Shown piece by piece: positions 51,801 to 64,000 of a DNA stretch of 64,000 bases. Source of the DNA: Eledone cirrhosa. Lineage: Eukaryota. The stretch spans positions 29,884,001 through 29,948,000 of the forward strand of contig OZ024762.1 in NCBI GenBank assembly GCA_964016885.1, given 5' to 3'. Positions within the stretch are counted from its first letter, which is position 1; every line of letters starts with the position of its first letter. A program made the position numbers and the translations under genes. Below the pieces are notes generated by a model that worked only from the letters and a program-made list of their open reading frames with translations, was not told the origin of the DNA and did not search any database.

Positions 51801-54800
51801 GTGAGAATTCAGTTAAGTTCATGGTATTAGTTGTCAGAAGTAACTCGACTGTTGGTGAGAATTAATTTAAATCATGGTATTAGTTGTCAGATGTAACTCC
51901 AATGTTGGTGAGAATTCATTTAAGTTCATGGTACTAGCTGTCAGAAGTAACTCCACTGTTGGTGAGAATTCATTTAAGTTCATGGTATTAGCTGTCAGAA
52001 GTAACTCCACTGTTGGTGGGAATTCATTTAAGTCATGGTATTAGCTGTCAGAAGTAACTCCATTGTTGGTGAGAATTCATTTAAGTCATGGTACTAGCTG
52101 TCAGAAGTAACTCCACTGTTGGTGAGAATTCATTTAAGTTCATGGTACTAGCTGTCAGAAGTAACTCCACTGTTGGTGAGAATTCATTTAAGTTCATGGT
52201 ACTAGCTGTCAGAAGTAACTCCACTGTTGGTGAGAATTCATTTAAGTTCATGGTACTAGCTGTCAGAAGTAACTCCACTGTTGGTGAGAATTCATTTAAG
52301 TTCATGGTACTAGCTGTCAGAAGTAACTCCAATGTTGGTGAGAATTCATTTAAGTTCATGGTATTAGCTGTCAGAAGTAACTCCACTGTTGGTGAGAATT
52401 CATTTAAGTTCATGGTACTAGCTGTCAGAAGTAACTCCACTGTTGGTGAGAATTCATTTAAGTTCATGGTACTAGCTGTCAGAAGTAACCCCAATGTTGG
52501 TGAGAATTCATTTAAGTTCATGGTATTAGCTGTCAGAAGTCACTCCAATGTTGGTGAGAATTCATTTAAGTTCATGGTATTAGCTGTCAGAAGTAACTCC
52601 ACTGTTGGTGAGAATTCATTTAAGTTCATGGTATTAGCTGTCAGAAGTAACTCCACTGTTGGTGAGAATTAATTTAAATCATGGTATTAGTTGTCAGAAG
52701 TAACTCCAATGTTGGTGAGAATTCATTTAAGTTCATGGTACTAGCTGTCAGAAGTAACTCCAATGTTGGTGAGAATTCATTTAAGTTCATGGTATTAGCT
52801 GTCAGAAGTAACTCCACTGTTGGTGAGAATTCATTTAAGTTCATGGTATTAGCTGTCAGAAGTAACTCCACTGTTGGTGAGAATTCATTTAAGTTCATGG
52901 TATTAGCTGTCAGAAGGAACTCCAATGTTGGTGAGAATTCATTTAAGTCATGGTACTAGCTGTCAGAAGTAACTCCACTGTTGGTGAGAATTCATTTAAG
53001 TTCATGGTATTAGCTGTCAGAAGGAACGCCACTGTTGGTGAGAATTCATTTAAGTTCATGGTATTAGCTGTCAGAAGTAACTCCACTGTTGGTGAGAATT
53101 CATTTAAGTTCATGGTACTAGCTGTCAGAAGTAACTCCAATGTTGGTGAGAATTCATTTAAGTTCATGGTATTAGCTGTCAGAAGGAACTCCACTGTTGG
53201 TGAGAATTCATTTAAGTTCATGGTATTAGCTGTCAGAAGTAACTCCAATGTTGGTGAGAATTCATGTAAGTTCATGGTACTAGCTGTCAGAAGTAACTCC
53301 ACTGTTGGTGAGAATTCAGTTAAGTTCATGGTATTAGTTGTCAGAAGTAACTCCACTGTTGGTGAGAATTAATTTAAATCATGGTATTATTTGTCAGAAG
53401 TAACTCCAATGTTGGTGAGAATTCATTTAAGTTCATGGTACTAGCTGTCAGAAGTAACTCCACTGTTGGTGAGAATTCATTTAAGTTCATGGTATTAGCT
53501 GTCAGAAGTAACTCCACTGTTGGTGGGAATTCATTTAAGCCATGGTATTAGCTGTCAGAAGTAACTCCATTGTTGGTGAGAATTCATTTAAGTCATGGTA
53601 CTAGCTGTCAGAAGTAACTCCACTGTTGGGGAGAATTCATTTAAGTTCATGGTACTAGCTGTCAGAAGTAACTCCAATGTTGGTGAGAATTCATTTAAGT
53701 TCATGGTATTAGCTGTCAGAAGTAACTCCACTGTTGGTGAGAATTCATTTAAGTTCATGGTACTAGCTGTCAGAAGTAACTCCACTGTTGGTGAGGATTC
53801 ATTTAAGTTCATGGTACTTGCTGTCAGAAGTAACCCCAATGTTGGTGAGAATTCATTTAAGTTCATGGTATTAGCTGTCAGAAGTAACTCCACTGTTGGT
53901 GAGAATTAATTTAAATCATGGTATTAGTTGTCAGAAGTAACTCCAATGTTGGTGAGAATTCATTTAAGTTCATGGTACTAGCTGTCAGAAGTAACTCCAA
54001 TGTTGGTGAGAATTCATTTAAGTTCATGGTATTAGCTGTCAGAAGTAACTCCACTGTTGGTGAGAATTCATTTAAGTTCATGGTATTAGCTGTCAGAAGT
54101 AACTCCACTGTTGGTGAGAATTCATTTAAGTTCATGGTATTAGCTGTCAGAAGTAACTCCACTGTTGGTGAGAATTCATTTAAGTTCATGGTATTAGCTG
54201 TCAGAAGGAACTCCAATGTTGGTGAGAATTCATTTAAGTCATGGTACTAGCTGTCAGAAGTAACTCCACTGTTGGTGAGAATTCATTTAAGTTCATGGTA
54301 TTAGCTGTCAGAAGGAACGCCACTGTTGGTGAGAATTCATATAAGTTCATGGTATTAGCTGTCAGAAGTAACTCCACTGTTGGTGAGAATTCATTTAAGT
54401 TCATGGTACTAGCTGTCAGAAGTAACTCCAATGTTGGTGAGAATTCATTTAAGTTCATGGTATTAGTTGTCAGAAGGAACTCCACTGTTGGTGAGAATTC
54501 ATTTAAGTTCATGGTATTAGCTGTCAGAAGTAACTCCACTGTTGGTGAGAATTCATTTAAGTTCATGGTACTAGCTGTCAGAAGTAACTCCACTGTTGGT
54601 GAGAATTCAGTTAAGTTCATGGTATTAGTTGTCAGAAGTAACTCCACTGTTGGTGAGAATTAATTTAAATCATGGTATTAGTTGTCAGAAGTAACTCCAA
54701 TGTTGGTGAGAATTCATTTAAGTTCATGGTACTAGCTGTCAGAAGTAACTCCACTGTTGGTGAGAATTCATTTAAGTTCATGGTATTAGCTGTCAGAAGT

Positions 54801-57800
54801 AACTCCACTGTTGGTGAGAATTCATTTAAGTCATGGTATTAGCTGTCAGAAGTAACTCCATTGTTGGTGAGAATTCATTTAAGTCATGGTACTAGCTGTC
54901 AGAAGTAACTCCACTGTTGGTGAGAATTCATTTAAGTTCATGGTATTAGCTGTCAGAAGGAACTCCAATGTTGGTGAGAATTCATTTAAGTCATGGTACT
55001 AGCTGTCAGAAGTAACTCCACTGTTGGTGAGAATTCATTTAAGTTCATGGTATTAGCTGTCAGAAGGAACGCCACTGTTGGTGAGAATTCATTTAAGTTC
55101 ATGGTATTAGCTGTCAGAAGTAACTCCACTGTTGGTGAGAATTCATTTAAGTTCATGGTACTAGCTGTCAGAAGTAACTCCAATGTTGGTGAGAATTCAT
55201 TTAAGTTCATGGTATTAGCTGTCAGAAGGAACTCCACTGTTGGTGACAATTCATTTAAGTTCATGGTATTAGCTGTCAGAAGTAACTCCACTGTTGGTGA
55301 GAATTCATGTAAGTTCATGGTACTAGCTGTCAGAAGTAACTCCACTGTTGGTGAGAATTAATTTAAATCATGGTATTAGTTGTCAGAAGTAACTCCACTG
55401 TTGGTGGGAATTCATTTAAGTCATGGTATTAGCTGTCAGAAGTAACTCCATTGTTGGTGAGAATTCATTTAAGTCATGGTACTAGCTGTCAGAAGTAACT
55501 CCACTGTTGGTGAGAATTCATTTAAGTTCATGGTACTAGCTGTCAGAAGTAACTCCACTGTTGGTGAGAATTCATTTAAGTTCATGGTACTAGCTGTCAG
55601 AAGTAACTCCACTGTTGGTGAGAATTCATTTAAGTTCATGGTACTAGCTGTCAGAAGTAACTCCACTGTTGGTGAGAATTCATTTAAGTTCATGGTACTA
55701 GCTGTCAGAAGTAACTCCAATGTTGGTGAGAATTCATTTAAGTTCATGGTATTAGCTGTCAGAAGTAACTCCACTGTTGGTGAGAATTCATTTAAGTTCA
55801 TGGTACTAGCTGTCAGAAGTAACTCCACTGTTGGTGAGAATTCATTTAAGTTCATGGTACTAGCTGTCAGAAGTAACCCCAATGTTGGTGAGAATTCATT
55901 TAAGTTCATGGTATTAGCTGTCAGAAGTCACTCCAATGTTGGTGAGAATTCATTTAAGTTCATGGTATTAGCTGTCAGAAGTCACTCCACTGTTGGTGAG
56001 AATTCATTTAAGTTCATGGTACTAGCTGTCAGAAGTAACCCCAATGTTGGTGAGAATTCATTTAAGTTCATGGTATTAGCTGTCAGAAGTAACTCCACTG
56101 TTGGTGAGAATTCATTTAAGTTCATGGTATTAGCTGTCAGAAGTAACTCCACTGTTGGTGAGAATTCATTTAAGTTCATGGTATTAGCTGTCAGAAGGAA
56201 CTCCAATGTTGGTGAGAATTCATTTAAGTCATGGTACTAGCTGTCAGAAGTAACTCCACTGTTGGTGAGAATTCATTTAAGTTCATGGTATTAGCTGTCA
56301 GAAGGAACGCCACTGTTGGTGAGAATTCATTTAAGTTCATGGTATTAGCTGTCAGAAGTAACTCCACTGTTGGTGAGAATTCATTTAAGTTCATGGTACT
56401 AGCTGTCAGAAGTAACTCCAATGTTGGTGAGAATTCATTTAAGTTCATGGTATTAGCTGTCAGAAGGAACTCCACTGTTGGTGAGAATTCATTTAAGTTC
56501 ATGGTATTAGCTGTCAGAAGTAACTCCACTGTTGGTGAGAATTCATTTAAGTTCATGGTACTAGCTGTCAGAAGTAACTCCACTGTTGGTGAGAATTCAG
56601 TTAAGTTCATGGTATTAGTTGTCAGAAGTAACTCCACTGTTGGTGAGAATTAATTTAAATCATGGTATTAGTTGTCAGAAGTAACTCCAATGTTGGTGAG
56701 AATTCATTTAAGTTCATGGTACTAGCTGTCAGAAGTAACTCCACTGTTGGTGAGAATTCATTTAAGTTCATGGTATTAGCTGTCAGAAGTAACTCCACTG
56801 TTGGTGAGAATTCATTTAAGTCATGGTATTAGCTGTCAGAAGTAACTCCATTGTTGGTGAGAATTCATTTAAGTCATGGTACTAGCTGTCAGAAGTAACT
56901 CCACTGTTGGTGAGAATTCATTTAAGTTCATGGTACTAGCTGTCAGAAGTAACTCCACTGTTGGTGAGAATTCATTTAAGTTCATGGTACTAGCTGTCAG
57001 AAGTAACTCCACTGTTGGTGAGAATTCATTTAAGTTCATGGTACTAGCTGTCAGAAGTAACTCCACTGTTGGTGAGAATTCATTTAAGTTCATGGTATTA
57101 GCTGTCAGAAGTAACTCCACTGTTGGTGAGAATTCATTTAAGTTCATGGTACTAGCTGTCAGAAGTAACTCCACTGTTGGTGAGAATTCATTTAAGTTCA
57201 TGGTATTAGCTGTCAGAAGTAACTCCACTGTTGGTGAGAATTCATTTAAGTTCATGGTATTAGCTGTCAGAAGTAACTCCACTGTTGGTGAGAATTCATT
57301 TAAGTTCATGGTATTAGCTGTCAGAAGTAACTCCACTGTTGGTGAGAATTCATTTAAGTTCATGGTATTAGCTGTCAGAAGTAACTCCACTGTTGGTGAG
57401 AATTCATTTAAGTTCATGGTATTAGCTGCCAGAAGGAACTCCAATGTTGTTGAGAATTCATTTAAGTCATGGTACTAGCTGTCAGAAGTAACTCCACTGT
57501 TGGTGAGAATTCATTTAAGTTCATGGTATTAGCTGTCAGAAGGAACGCCACTGTTGGTGAGAATTCATTTAAGTTCATGGTATTAGCTGTCAGAAGTAAC
57601 TCCACTGTTGGTGAGAATTCATTTAAGTTCATGGTACTAGCTGTCAGAAGTAACTCCAATGTTGGTGAGAATTCATTTAAGTTCATGGTATTAGCTGTCA
57701 GAAGGAACTCCACTGTTGGTGAGAATTCATTTAAGTTCATGGTATTAGCTGTCAGAAGTAACTCCACTGTTGGTGAGAATTCATTTAAGTTCATGGTACT

Positions 57801-60800
57801 AGCTGTCAGAAGTAACTCCACTGTTGGTGAGAATTCAGTTAAGTTCATGGTATTAGTTGTCAGAAGTAACTCCACTGTTGGTGAGAATTAATTTAAATCA
57901 TGGTATTAGTTGTCAGAAGTAACTCCAATGTTGGTGAGAATTCATTTAAGTTCATGGTACAAGCTGTCAGAAGTAACTCCACTGTTGGTGAGAATTCATT
58001 TAAGTTCATGGTATTAGCTGTCAGAAGTAACTCCACTGTTGGTGAGAATTCATTTAAGTCATGGTATTAGCTGTCAGAAGTAACTCCATTGTTGGTGAGA
58101 ATTCATTTAAGTCATGGTACTAGCTGTCAGAAGTAACTCCACTGTTGGTGAGAATTCATTTAAGTTCATGGTACTAGCTGTCAGAAGTAACTCCACTGTT
58201 GGTGATAATTCATTTAAGTTCATGGTACTAGCTGTCAGAAGTAACTCCACTGTTGGTGAGAATTCATTTAAGTTCATGGTACTAGCTGTCAGAAGTAACT
58301 CCACTGTTGGTGAGAATTCATTTAAGTTAATGGTATTAGCTGTCAGAAGTAACTCCACTGTTGGTGAGAATTCATTTAAGTTCATGGTACTAGCTGTCAG
58401 AAGTAACTCCACTGTTGGTGAGAATTCATTTAAGTTCATGGTATTAGCTGTCAGAAGTAACTCCACTGTTGGTGAGAATTCATTTAAGTTCATGGTATTA
58501 GCTGTCAGAAGTAACTCCACTGTTGGTGAGAATTCAATTAATTTCATGGTATTAGCTGTCAGAAGGAACTCCAATGTTGGTGAGAATTCATTTAAGTCAT
58601 GGTACTAGCTGTCAGAAGTAACTCCACTGTTGGTGAGAATTCATTTAAGTTCATGGTATTAGCTGTCAGAAGGAACGCCACTGTTGGTGAGAATTCATTT
58701 AAGTTCATGGTATTAGCTGTCAGAAGTAACTCCACTGTTGGTGAGAATTCATTTAAGTTCATGGTACTAGCTGTCAGAAGTAACTCCAATGTTGGTGAGA
58801 ATTCATTTAAGTTCATGGTATTAGCTGTCAGAAGGAACTCCACTGTTGGTGAGAATTCATTTAAGTTCATGGTATTAGCTGTCAGAAGTAACCCCACTGT
58901 TGGTGAGAATTCATGTAAGTTCATGGTACTAGCTGTCAGAAGTAACTCCACTGTTGGTGAGAATTCAGTTAAGTTCATGGTATTAGTTGTCAGAAGTAAC
59001 TCCACTGTTGGTGAGAATTAATTTAAATCATGGTATTAGTTGTCAGAAGTAACTCCAATGTTGGTGAGAATTCATTTAAGTTCATGGTACTAGCTGTCAG
59101 AAGTAACTCCACTGTTGGTGAGAATTCATTTAAGTTCATGGTATTAGCTGTCAGAAGTAACTCCACTGTTGGTGGGAATTCATTTAAGTCATGGTATTAG
59201 CTGTCAGAAGTAACTCCATTGTTGGTGAGAATTCATTTAAGTCATGGTACTAGCTGTCAGAAGTAACTCCACTGTTGGTGAGAATTCATTTAAGTTCATG
59301 GTACTAGCTGTCAGAAGTAACTCCACTGTTGGTGAGAATTCATTTAAGTTCATGGTACTAGCTGTCAGAAGTAACTCCACTGTTGGTGAGAATTCATTTA
59401 AGTTCATGATACTAGCTGTCAGAAGTAACTCCACTGTTGGTGAGAATTCATTTAAGTTCATGGTACTAGCTGTCAGAAGTAACTACAATGTTGGTGAGAA
59501 TTCATTTAAGTTCATGGTTTTAGCTGTCAGAAGTAACTCCACTGTTGGTGAGAATTCATTTAAGTTCATGGTATTAGCTGTCAGAAGTAACTCCACTGTT
59601 GGTGAGAATTCATTTAAGTTCATGGTATTAGCTGTCAGAAGTAACTCCACTGTTGGTGAGAATTCATTTAATTTCATGGTATTAGCTGCCAGAAGGAACT
59701 CCAATGTTGGTGAGAATTCATTTAAGTCATGGTACTAGCTGTCAGAAGTAACTCCACTGTTGGTGAGAATTCATTTAAGTTCATGGTATTAGCTGTCAGA
59801 AGGAACGCCACTGTTGGTGAGAATTCATTTAAGTTCATGGTATTAGCTGTCAGAAGTAACTCCACTGTTGGTGAGAATTCATTTAAGTTCATGGTACTAG
59901 CTGTCAGAAGTAACTCCAATGTTGGTGAGAATTCATTTAAGTCATGGTACTAGCTGTCAGAAGGAACTCCACTGTTGGTGAGAATTCATTTAAGTTCATG
60001 GTATTAGCTGTCAGAAGTAACCCCACTGTTGGTGAGAATTCATGTAAGTTCATGGTACTAGCTGTCAGAAGTAACTCCACTGTTGGTGAGAATTCAGTTA
60101 AGTTCATGGTATTAGTTGTCAGAAGTAACTCCACTGTTGGTGAGAATTAATTTAAATCATGGTATTAGTTGTCAGAAGTAACTCCAATGTTGGTGAGAAT
60201 TCATTTAAGTTCATGGTACTAGCTGTCAGAAGTAACTCCACTGTTGGTGAGAATTCATTTAAGTTCATGGTATTAGCTGTCAGAAGTAACTCCACTGTTG
60301 GTGGGAATTCATTTAAGTCATGGTATTAGCTGTCAGAAGTAACTCCATTGTTGGTGAGAATTCATTTAAGTCATGGTACTAGCTGTCAGAAGTAACTCCA
60401 CTGTTGGTGAGAATTCATTTAAGTTCATGGTACTAGCTGTCAGAAGTAACTCCACTGTTGGTGAGAATTCATTTAAGTTCATGGTACTAGCTGTCAGAAG
60501 TAACTCCACTGTTGGTGAGAATTCATTTAAGTTCATGATACTAGCTGTCAGAAGTAACTCCACTGTTGGTGAGAATTCATTTAAGTTCATGGTACTAGCT
60601 GTCAGAAGTAACTACAATATTGGTGAGAATTCATTTAAGTTCATGGTTTTAGCTGTCAGAAGTAACTCCACTGTTGGTGAGAATTCATTTAAGTTCATGT
60701 TACTAGCTGTCAGAAGTAACCCCAATGTTGGTGAGAATTCATTTAAGTTCATGGTATTAGCTGTCAGAAGTCACTCCAATGTAGGTGAGAATTCATTTAA

Positions 60801-63800
60801 GTTCATGGTATTAGCTGTCAGAAGTAACTCCACTGTTGGTGAGAATTCATTTAAGTTCATGGTATTAGCTGTCAGAAGGAACGCCACTGTTGGTGAGAAT
60901 TCATTTAAGTTCATGGTATTAGCTGTCAGAAGTAACTCCACTGTTGGTGAGAATTCATTTAAGTTCATGGTACTAGCTGTCAGAAGTAACTCCAATGTTG
61001 GTGAGAATTCATTTAAGTTCATGGTATTAGCTGTCAGAAGGAACTCCACTGTTGGTGAGAATTCATTTAAGTTCATGGTATTAGCTGTCAGAAGTAACTC
61101 CACTGTTGGTGAGAATTCATGTAAGTTCATGGTACTAGCTGTCAGAAGTAACTCCACTGTTGGTGAGAATTCAGTTAAGTTCATGGTATTAGTTGTCAGA
61201 AGTAACTCCACTGTTGGTGAGAATTCATTTAAGTTCATGGTATTAGCTGTCAGAAGTAACTCCACTGTTGGTGGGAATTAATTTAAATCATGGTATTAGT
61301 TGTGAGAAGTAACTCCAATGTTGGTGAGAATTCATTTAAGTTCATGGTACTAGCTGTCAGAAGTAACTCCACTGTTGGTGAGAATTCATTTAAGTTCATG
61401 GTATTAGCTGTCAGAAGTAACTCCACTGTTGGTGGGAATTCAATTAAGTCATGGTATTAGCTGTCAGAAGTAACTCCATTGTTGGTGAGAATTCATTTAA
61501 GTCATGGTACTAGCTGTCAGAAGTAACCCCACTGTTGGTGAGAATTCATTTAAGTTCATGGTACTAGCTGTCAGAAGTAACTCCACTGTTGGTGAGAATT
61601 CATTTAAGTTCATGGTACTAGCTGTCAGAAGTAACTCCACTGTTGGTGAGAATTCATTTAAGTTCATGGTACTAGCTGTCAGAAGTAACTCCACTGTTGG
61701 TGAGAATTCATTTAAGTTCATGGTACTAGCTGTCAGAAGTAACTCCAATGTTGGTGAGAATTCATTTAAGTTCATGGTATTAGCTGTCAGAAGTCACTCC
61801 AATGTTGGTGAGAATTCATTTAAGTTCATGGTATTAGCTGTCAGAAGTCACTCCACTGTTGGTGAGAATTCATTTAAGTTCATGGTACTAGCTGTCAGAA
61901 GTAACCCCAATGTTGGTGAGAATTCATTTAAGTTCATGGTATTAGCTGTCAGAAGTCACTCCAATGTTGGTGAGAATTCATTTAAGTTCATGGTATTAGC
62001 TGTCAGAAGTAACTCCACTGTTGGTGAGAATTCATTTAAGTTCATGGTATTAGCTGTCAGAAGTAACTCCACTGTTGGTGAGAATTCATTTAAGTTCATG
62101 GTATTAGCTGTCAGAAGTAACTCCACTGTTGGTGAGAATTCATTTAAGTTCATGGTATTAGCTGTCAGAAGGAACTCCAATGTTGGTGAGAATTCATTTA
62201 AGTCATGGTACTAGCTGTCAGAAGTAACTCCACTGTTGGTGAGAATTCATTTAAGTTCATGGTATTAGCTGTCAGAAGGAACGCCACTGTTGGTGAGAAT
62301 TCATTTAAGTTCATGGTATTAGCTGCCAGAAGTAACTCCACTGTTGGTGAGAATTCATTTAAGTTCATGGTACTAGCTGTCAGAAGTAACTCCAATGTTG
62401 GTGAGAATTCATTTAAGTTCATGGTATTAGCTGTCAGAAGTAACTCCACTGTTGGTGAGAATTCATTTAAGTTCATGGTACTAGCTGTCAGAAGTAACTC
62501 CACTGTTGGTGAGAATTCAGTTAAGTTCATGGTATTATTTGTCAGAAGTAACACCACTGTTGGTGAGAATTAATTTAAATCATGGTATTAGTTGTCAGAA
62601 GTAACTCCAATGTTGGTGAGAATTCATTTAAGTTCATGGTACTAGCTGTCAGAAGTAACTCCACTGTTGGTGACAATTCATTTAAGTTCATGGTATTAGC
62701 TGTCAGAAGTAACTCCACTGTTGGTGAGAATTCATTTAAGTCATGGTATTAGCTGTCAGAAGTAACTCCATTGTTGGTGAGAATTCATTTAAGTCATGGT
62801 ACTAGCTGTCAGAAGTAACTCCACTGTTGGTGAGAATTCATTTAAGTTCATGGTACTAGCTGTCAGAAGTAACTCCACTGTTGGTGAGAATTCATTTAAG
62901 TTCATGGTACTAGCTGTCAGAAATAACTCCACTGTTGGTGAGAATTCATTTAAGTTCATGGTACTAGCTGTCAGAAGTAACTCCAATGTTGGTGAGAATT
63001 CATTTAAGTTCATGGTATTAGCTGTCAGAAGTCACTCCAATGTTGGTGAGAATTCATTTAAGTTCATGGTACTAGCTGTCAGAAGTAACTCCACTGTTGG
63101 TGAGAATTCATTTAAGTTCATGGTACTAGCTGTCAGAAGTAACCCCAATGTTGGTGAGAATTCATTTAAGTTCATGGTATTAGCTGTCAGAAGTCACTCC
63201 AATGTTGGTGAGAATTCATTTAAGTTCATGGTATTAGCTGTCAGAAGTCACTCCACTGTTGGTGAGAATTCATTTAAGTTCATGGTACTAGCTGTCAGAA
63301 GTAACCCCAATGTTGGTGAGAATTCATTTAAGTTCATGGTATTAGCTGTCAGAAGTCACTCCAATGTTGGTGAGAATTCATTTAAGTTCATGGTATTAGC
63401 TGTCAGAAGTAACTCCACTGTTGGTGAGAATTCATTTAAGTTCATGGTATTAGCTGTCAGAAGGAACGCCACTGTTGGTGAGAATTCATTTAAGTTCATG
63501 GTATTAGCTGTCAGAAGTAACTCCACTGTTGGTGAGAATTCATTTAAGTTCATGGTACTAGCTGTCAGAAGTAACTCCACTGTTGGTGAGAATTCATTTA
63601 AGTTCATGGTACTAGCTGTCAGAAGTAACTCCAATGTTGGTGAGAATTCATTTAAGTTCATGGTATTAGCTGTCAGAAGTAACTCCACTGTTGGTGAGAA
63701 TTCATTTAAGTTCATGGTACTAGCTGTCAGAAGTAACTCCACTGTTGGTGAGAATTCAGTTAAGTTCATGGTATTAGTTGTCAGAAGTAACTCCACTGTT

Positions 63801-64000
63801 GGTGAGAATTCATTTAAGTTCATGGTACTAGCTGTCAGAAGTAACTCCACTGTTGGTGAGAATTCATTTAAGTTCATGGTACTAGCTGTCAGAAGTAACT
63901 CCACTGTTGGTGAGAATTCATTTAAGTTCATGGTACTAGCTGTCAGAAGTAACTCCACTGTTGGTGAGAATTCATTTAAGTTCATGGTACTAGCTGTCAG
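45834..64000. repeat. 54-bp EcoRI tandem satellite array (~336 monomers, open at the right window edge)
   Basis: Consensus GAATTCATTTAAGTTCATGGTA(T/C)TAGCTGTCAGAAGTAACTCCA(C/A)TGTTGGTGA repeats head-to-tail with GAATTC in most units. 53-bp variants (TTAAGTCATGG, AATTAATTTAAATCATGG) recur. The consensus lacks CpG. Confidence 0.99.

Noticed and set aside
45953-63985. 18-aa repeat ORFs on both strands (MVLAVRSNSTVGENSFKF / MNLNEFSPTVELLLTANT)
   Set aside because: These are a 54 = 3 x 18 artefact, repeatedly broken by 53-bp units and TAA variants.
1-64000. CRISPR array interpretation of either repeat
   Set aside because: There are no unique spacers (entire units repeat) and no cas genes, and the context is eukaryotic.
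1-64000. Common origin of the 111-bp and 54-bp satellites (111 is about 2 x 54)
   Set aside because: No alignable similarity is visible on either strand, GC and CpG content differ strongly, and the 111-bp halves are 48 and 63 bp.

Overview
Eukaryotic, almost entirely tandem-repeat DNA with no credible host gene. Positions 1-43756 hold about 394 copies of a 111-bp satellite (~53% GC, 5 CpG per consensus monomer), with 110/112-bp variants and nested multi-monomer duplications. Positions 43757-~45410 hold a stop-free but doubly truncated RTE-clade non-LTR retrotransposon reverse transcriptase fragment on the minus strand. It carries a C4HC3 PHD-type zinc finger between the RT core and the FxYLG motif. 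A compound (TA)n/(CA)n microsatellite spans ~45411-45833, followed by about 336 copies of an unrelated 54-bp EcoRI satellite (~37% GC) with irregular higher-order structure (45834-64000). The most notable signal is in the 111-bp monomer. On the same strand as the RT it contains the motif GGTTGGTGTTAGGAAGGGCATCCAGCCGTAGAAA, which I recall from RTE 5' UTRs and RTE-dependent SINEs (abundant in octopus; recall, not a database result). This motif folds into a stem-loop only as minus-strand RNA, and most recurrent monomer variants keep or improve the pairing. All other ORFs in the track are artefacts of repeat periods divisible by 3.
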